This document shows positions 59,945-64,000 of a DNA stretch of 64,000 bases, piece by piece. The stretch is from a virus. Position 1 is the first letter of the stretch, and each line of letters opens with the position of its first letter. Below the pieces are notes generated by a model. It was not told the origin of the DNA, made no database searches, and worked only from the letters and a program-made list of their open reading frames with translations. The stretch is taken from IMG/VR virus record IMGVR_UViG_3300047472_000449. One strand, written 5' to 3'. The position numbers and the translations under genes are program-made.

Positions 59945-60544
59945 TTACCTGCGATTCTTTTCGCGCCCGCTTTCGCTGATTCCATCAGGTTTGTTGGCAA
60001 AATGCAGCGTCTTAAAAAGTGCCACCCCTTGCGGGCTCAGCATCACCATCGGAGCGCTTTGAGACGGATCATCCCGAAAGGCTCTGGCTTCCCGTTCTGC
60101 GTTGGTCAGAAAGGCTTCAATGCGCCGGGTGAGCGGAGGAATGCTCTGCCCGGCGATCAGGGCCAGTTCTTCGTGCGCGGCTTTGGCCACACGGTCTGAC
60201 TCGTTGAGCAGCTGACAGATTTCGAGTTCGTATTCACGCAGCATTTTGACTTCGGCTGTCAGGGACTGAACCTTCTCGGTCAGATCCTCAATGGTCTTGG
60301 CCTGCCGATCTTCAGTGGTTGGCAGTGAGTGCAGCCCATCGGCTTTGCGCTTGCGGCTGTACCACTGCGTGACAAACGCGTGGGCCATGGTCTCATCGTC
60401 TGCCGAGAAGATCGGTTCGTGCCTATGCACGGTCAGCATCATCGACATCACATGACCGGCCTTGTCGAGGTAGGCCAGGGCGTCAGTGAGCTGTTGCTGG
60501 GTCTGCTCAAGCAGCAATTCGGTGGGTGTGCGTTCGGTCATCAT
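59945..60544 (-). CDS. coiled-coil hypothetical protein (199 aa)
   Basis: Heptad-rich segments; promoter 60585-60612. Confidence 0.7.
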   Translation of the reverse strand: MMTERTPTELLLEQTQQQLTDALAYLDKAGHVMSMMLTVHRHEPIFSADDETMAHAFVTQWYSRKRKADGLHSLPTTEDRQAKTIEDLTEKVQSLTAEVKMLREYELEICQLLNESDRVAKAAHEELALIAGQSIPPLTRRIEAFLTNAEREARAFRDDPSQSAPMVMLSPQGVALFKTLHFANKPDGISESGREKNRR

Positions 60545-60584
60545 GACAACTCACATAAAGGGCGTGCGCAATAATTAACGACTT

Positions 60585-60612
60585 ACTATACTGTGACTTG
60601 TGATTTTGTCAA
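60585..60612 (-). promoter_or_regulatory. sigma70 promoter
   Basis: TTGACA-16-TATAGT. Confidence 0.55.
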
Positions 60613-60649
60613 TTTCAATAATTATTTTGCACTTAATTGAGCCTGCGGT

Positions 60650-60681
60650 AACTTTACAAAAACACCCCGTTTTGTAAAGTT
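60650..60681. repeat. perfect 12-bp inverted repeat with 8-nt spacer
   Basis: AACTTTACAAAA-acaccccg-TTTTGTAAAGTT. Confidence 0.8.
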
Positions 60682-60864
60682 TTTCTGCTTTTTCACATAA
60701 TCGACAGGCCAGTAAATGCTGGTGATGGTGCCCGTTTTTTACTAGTTAGATACCTAGACCAAAATGTAAAGTTTCGAGGAAACCGCCAATGTTTACTGGG
60801 ATTTCAGGGCTTGCCAAGTCGATTTTTCATGCCTAGAGTTTGAAAAAATCACGGAGTCCAGCCC

Positions 60865-61470
60865 ATGGCCGCAGCAGTGCTAACGATGTCAGTCCACCCG
60901 ATCATTTCCCCGGAAGCGGTTGATGATCATGTCTACGCCCCTTCCAAGCTGGATCTGTCCGGTTTGGCTCAAACCATTGAGGATGTGTGCCGGGGTGGTA
61001 ACCCGCTGGCATCGGTCAGAATCGCGGACAGCTATCTGGATCTTGATGCAGTGGATGAACTTAAACACCGCATCGGCAACGTCCAGGCCGTTGAGGCCCT
61101 TGGTGGAATGTTGTTGGAGCGCGCCAGCGTGCGAGGAAAAAGCCGCAATGGCGTGATCACCGTCGCGGACGAGTGGAACCAGCATCTGAAGAAGGACGTG
61201 GAAGGCCCTCAGCTGGTGCCCTCGGTGTTTTTCATCCTGGTCAGGGCCAGCACCAGTCTGATGGTCGGCGATTGGCTGCATCAAGCTTTGGCGCGGTTTG
61301 ATTCCTTTTCCTACCCGCCCGGCATGCTCGAAGCCTTTACCGGTGGCAAGGCCAAAAGCCAACCGTCTGCCGGTCGTTTGCCGAGGGAGGTGGGAGACAA
61401 GCTGGAGGCGATGTTTGGCCTGCCATTTCAACATCACGCCAAGCTGAACGTGATCTGCCGCAAAAGCTGA
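60865..61470 (+). CDS. hypothetical protein (201 aa)
   Basis: GGAG RBS; terminator 61485-61515. Confidence 0.75.
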   Translation: MAAAVLTMSVHPIISPEAVDDHVYAPSKLDLSGLAQTIEDVCRGGNPLASVRIADSYLDLDAVDELKHRIGNVQAVEALGGMLLERASVRGKSRNGVITVADEWNQHLKKDVEGPQLVPSVFFILVRASTSLMVGDWLHQALARFDSFSYPPGMLEAFTGGKAKSQPSAGRLPREVGDKLEAMFGLPFQHHAKLNVICRKS

Positions 61471-61484
61471 ACCCTGGCCCAAAC

Positions 61485-61515
61485 AAAAAGCCCCGACTGG
61501 TTGGCCGGGGCTTTT
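61485..61515. terminator. bidirectional terminator
   Basis: AAAAAGCCCCG...CGGGGCTTTT. Confidence 0.75.
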
Positions 61516-61608
61516 GTGTTCGAACCTAGTCTCTTCACCGCTTCGTGAAGCGCGGGAGTGGAGGTTCCTAGGGCTGCCAGAGTATAGTAGCAATATGATG
61601 GCATTTAG

Positions 61609-62196
61609 TCAAGCAAAACGCCCTTCCATCTCCGCTTGAAGGCGACCGCGCATGTCGGTCTTGGCTTCTTCGCTCATTCGATTGAAGGCGTTGGCAGGCA
61701 CCAGATAGGTGAGCCATACGCCCCGGTGCTTGCCCAGGTAACCCTTGCGCTTGGCGGGATCGCCCATGGTCAGTTCTTGAATGGTCAGCGGGTGATTGCT
61801 GGCGCTGGTCAGGGTGAAGATAATCAGCTCTTCGGCTGGCGCTTCCGCCACCGGCTCTTCGACCTTCTTGGCCTTGGTCGCTTTGACCACAGGCGCTGGC
61901 GCATCCACAGGCTCTGCTGGCGCTAGAGCATTGGCCACTTCAACCACAGGGGCAACCTCTGCCGCCACCGCAACTTCCGGGGTCACTTCCGGGGTCACTT
62001 CCGGGGTCACTTCCGGGGTGACTTCCGGGGTGACTTCCGGGGTGACTTCCGGGGTTAGCTCAACCACAGGCTCGCTGACCGGCTCCGGTACAATGGCTGC
62101 AACCAATGCCACAGGCGCTGGCGCTGGCTCCTTGACCGGTTCGGGCTCCGGCTGGGAAAACAGGTCAAACAAATCAAACTGGCCGCTCTTGTTCAT
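61609..62196 (-). CDS. protein with Pro/Glu/Val-rich low-complexity linker and (PEVT)n repeat (195 aa)
   Basis: N-terminal QFDLFDLF, 12-bp tandem repeat, small C-terminal domain. Confidence 0.75.
   Translation of the reverse strand: MNKSGQFDLFDLFSQPEPEPVKEPAPAPVALVAAIVPEPVSEPVVELTPEVTPEVTPEVTPEVTPEVTPEVTPEVAVAAEVAPVVEVANALAPAEPVDAPAPVVKATKAKKVEEPVAEAPAEELIIFTLTSASNHPLTIQELTMGDPAKRKGYLGKHRGVWLTYLVPANAFNRMSEEAKTDMRGRLQAEMEGRFA
61973..62056. repeat. 12-bp coding tandem repeat x7 (ACTTCCGGGGT[C/G/T]) encoding PEVT
   Basis: Directly counted. Confidence 0.95.
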
Positions 62197-62363
62197 TGAA
62201 TCGAAGCCTTCAGTGTCGCCAACGTGGCCTCAGCCTCACGAATGTTATCGGCGTAATCTTGTATGTACTGCGGCTTGCAACGCATCATGTGCGCATGCAA
62301 CGCGGAGATATTACGCTGAAGGCGATCTATTTCCTTCGCGATGTCTTCGGGAGTGTTTGACAT
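62193..62363 (-). CDS. small coiled-coil protein (56 aa, MSNTPEDIAKEIDRLQRNI...)
   Basis: Manual translation; GGAG RBS; ATGA overlap with next gene. Confidence 0.6.
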   Translation of the reverse strand: MSNTPEDIAKEIDRLQRNISALHAHMMRCKPQYIQDYADNIREAEATLATLKASIQ

Positions 62364-62365
62364 GG

Positions 62366-62743
62366 TTATGTGTGGCTCCCTACTGGGCTGATAGTGATCT
62401 TCAGGATCTTGCTCAAGGGGCTCGGTTCTTTGACGGTTACAACAGGCTTGACCCAGGCCAGTGCCGAAGAGGCTTCATAGGTCAGGTCGTACGCCTGTTC
62501 TTCCTCGAACCCGGCCTTGATCACCCGGTGCGCCACATCAATGCCCGCTTCGTACGAGCCATGGTACTCGGTGCCCGCCACGTAGATGTCCTGCATGATC
62601 GCCAGTGTTTCTTGTTCACTGACGCCACGGTCGAGCAGCGTGCGCGCTGTGTCGGTAAACACCTTGGTGGAGTTGGTTCGGGTGAAGCCAGGACGAGCCA
62701 TGATCAGGTTCAACTGCTGACTGAAATCGTTGCTGAAAGACAT
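62366..62743 (-). CDS. hypothetical protein (~125 aa)
   Basis: Promoter 62773-62801; start uncertain. Confidence 0.65.
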   Translation of the reverse strand: MSFSNDFSQQLNLIMARPGFTRTNSTKVFTDTARTLLDRGVSEQETLAIMQDIYVAGTEYHGSYEAGIDVAHRVIKAGFEEEQAYDLTYEASSALAWVKPVVTVKEPSPLSKILKITISPVGSHT

Positions 62744-62772
62744 GCGGCGCACCTGATCTATGTTATGGCATT

Positions 62773-62801
62773 ATTATACCAATTCCACGCGCAACAGTCA
62801 A
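62773..62801 (-). promoter_or_regulatory. sigma70 promoter
   Basis: TTGACT-17-TATAAT. Confidence 0.7.
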
Positions 62802-62900
62802 TGTAAAAAACACACGCATCGACCCTCGACACGGGCAATCCTCGCCCCGTGCCGGGCCTTGACCCCATCGGTCAAGCGCCCAGCTGCGCACAGATTTCTG

Positions 62901-63182
62901 TCAGTCGTTTGAGAACAAATCAGGCTCTACCGGTTCGCCAGCCTCAGTGGGCTGAGCCGGGACATCGGCAATCACTTTCTGGCGGAAGAATTGGCATTCA
63001 TCCACATTCTTGATGTTCACACCGATCAGGAAATAAGACTGCCACTTGGGCTTTGGTGGCGTGGTGAAGCGCAGGCATAGCTCTCGCTTTTTGCATCCAT
63101 CACCAGGGCATTTGATGATGTCGTCAGTTTTTATAGGTGCCCGAGCTGGGATGGGCGCGGGTGGAGCGGCATTTTTCTTCAT
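62901..63182 (-). CDS. hypothetical protein (93 aa), phage-type DI.KC.G..C..RE.C.RF motif
   Basis: Cys cluster; co-oriented. Confidence 0.65.
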   Translation of the reverse strand: MKKNAAPPAPIPARAPIKTDDIIKCPGDGCKKRELCLRFTTPPKPKWQSYFLIGVNIKNVDECQFFRQKVIADVPAQPTEAGEPVEPDLFSND

Positions 63183-63347
63183 TATAAAATCGACCTAGGC
63201 TTAAGTTACATTATAGAACATAAACGCCCGCTCAGTCAGGGTAACTGAACAGGCCGTCAAAACAGCCTCACAAGAAGGCAGGCACAGGAGCACCCGACCC
63301 CCGCTGGTCACCTTCATGCGAAGCATGGAAAAAAGCGTAATCCGACC

Positions 63348-63638
63348 TCAGTACGTCCCTTTAGCCGGAAGCGCCGGAACAGGCATCCACAGCTTTGGCT
63401 GGGGTTCGATGAAGCTCACCTCCATACCGTCTTCACGACAATACGGAATGTAATCGTCAATCGTGCAGAGATACCAACCACTCTTGCGCACACCGCTCCA
63501 GTGATTCGCTTCCCGGTAGCGCGCTGAACCGCGCTCAGACCAAACGACGCCCTCTTTCGGCGCGGTTTCAATCGGCTGCCAAGGGGCAAGGTCAGCCGTT
63601 GAATTAATGGCTTCCTGATTATCCGGGATCTGACTCAT
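63348..63638 (-). CDS. phage-type protein with WQPIETAPK motif (DUF551-like, 96 aa)
   Basis: WQPIETAPK ... P.LWMP.P.LP. Confidence 0.7.
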   Translation of the reverse strand: MSQIPDNQEAINSTADLAPWQPIETAPKEGVVWSERGSARYREANHWSGVRKSGWYLCTIDDYIPYCREDGMEVSFIEPQPKLWMPVPALPAKGTY

Positions 63639-63725
63639 GAGCAGTGTCCTTGTAATGGGATTAATGGCTCTGCAATTAATTAACAGCGACCCCGCCATAA
63701 ATGGCGGGAATCGGCCAGCAGCCTC

Positions 63726-63953
63726 TTAGTCGGTGGCTTGCTTGAGGCGGCGGGTGTAGAACTCACGCAGCTCACGCACGTTCATGTACGACACGTCTGG
63801 GAATTCGAAGTCCGGCACACGATTAAGCGCGCTGGCCAGGGCGTCGTCGGTGTCGTACAGCTCTTCGATGCGAGCCGTGTTGGAGTGGCCCTCCAGTTCG
63901 TCCAGCACTTCCGCCAGCGAGGCTGAGAGGGATTTGGTGTCATTTGTAGTCAT
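63726..63953 (-). CDS. small acidic hypothetical protein (75 aa)
   Basis: GGAG RBS. Confidence 0.7.
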   Translation of the reverse strand: MTTNDTKSLSASLAEVLDELEGHSNTARIEELYDTDDALASALNRVPDFEFPDVSYMNVRELREFYTRRLKQATD

Positions 63954-64000
63954 GGTGATCTCCAGTAAGCTGCATCGAGTATCAGGAGGCAGCTTTAACA

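Noticed and set aside
1-62801. Operator palindromes as Frpo-type ssDNA hairpin promoters
   Set aside because: Arms are only 4-5 bp (up to about 10 at 29949) and never pair the -10 region. Frpo-type promoters need long stems that rebuild both boxes.
1-64000. Prophage or IS/transposon annotation
   Set aside because: Several ORFs look phage-like, but no capsid, terminase, tail, integrase, transposase or terminal inverted repeats were found.

Overview
A 64-kb stretch of accessory DNA, most likely from a large Pseudomonas mobile replicon (megaplasmid-like). The host call rests on an SSB I recognise as Pseudomonas-type. No rep, tra, integrase, virion, rRNA/tRNA or CRISPR features are visible. The window holds about 120 mostly short, mostly minus-strand genes of unknown function. 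Main signals: (1) about 40 near-consensus sigma70 promoters, at least 22 with the same palindrome GTCA(A/T)-N5-(A/T/C/G)TGAC built on the -35 box, suggesting one very large repressor-controlled 'establishment/early' regulon; (2) five diverged ParB/sulfiredoxin-like domains in four adjacent genes (55.1-58.4 kb); (3) two secreted paralogues made of thrombospondin-type-1-like W/C/RxR repeats; (4) stand-alone antitoxin-like or counter-defence-like genes (alarmone hydrolase, Phd, HigA, acidic small proteins); (5) a degenerate PilT/GspE-like ATPase domain; (6) pervasive paralogy. Functional calls come from motif recognition by eye. No database searches were run.
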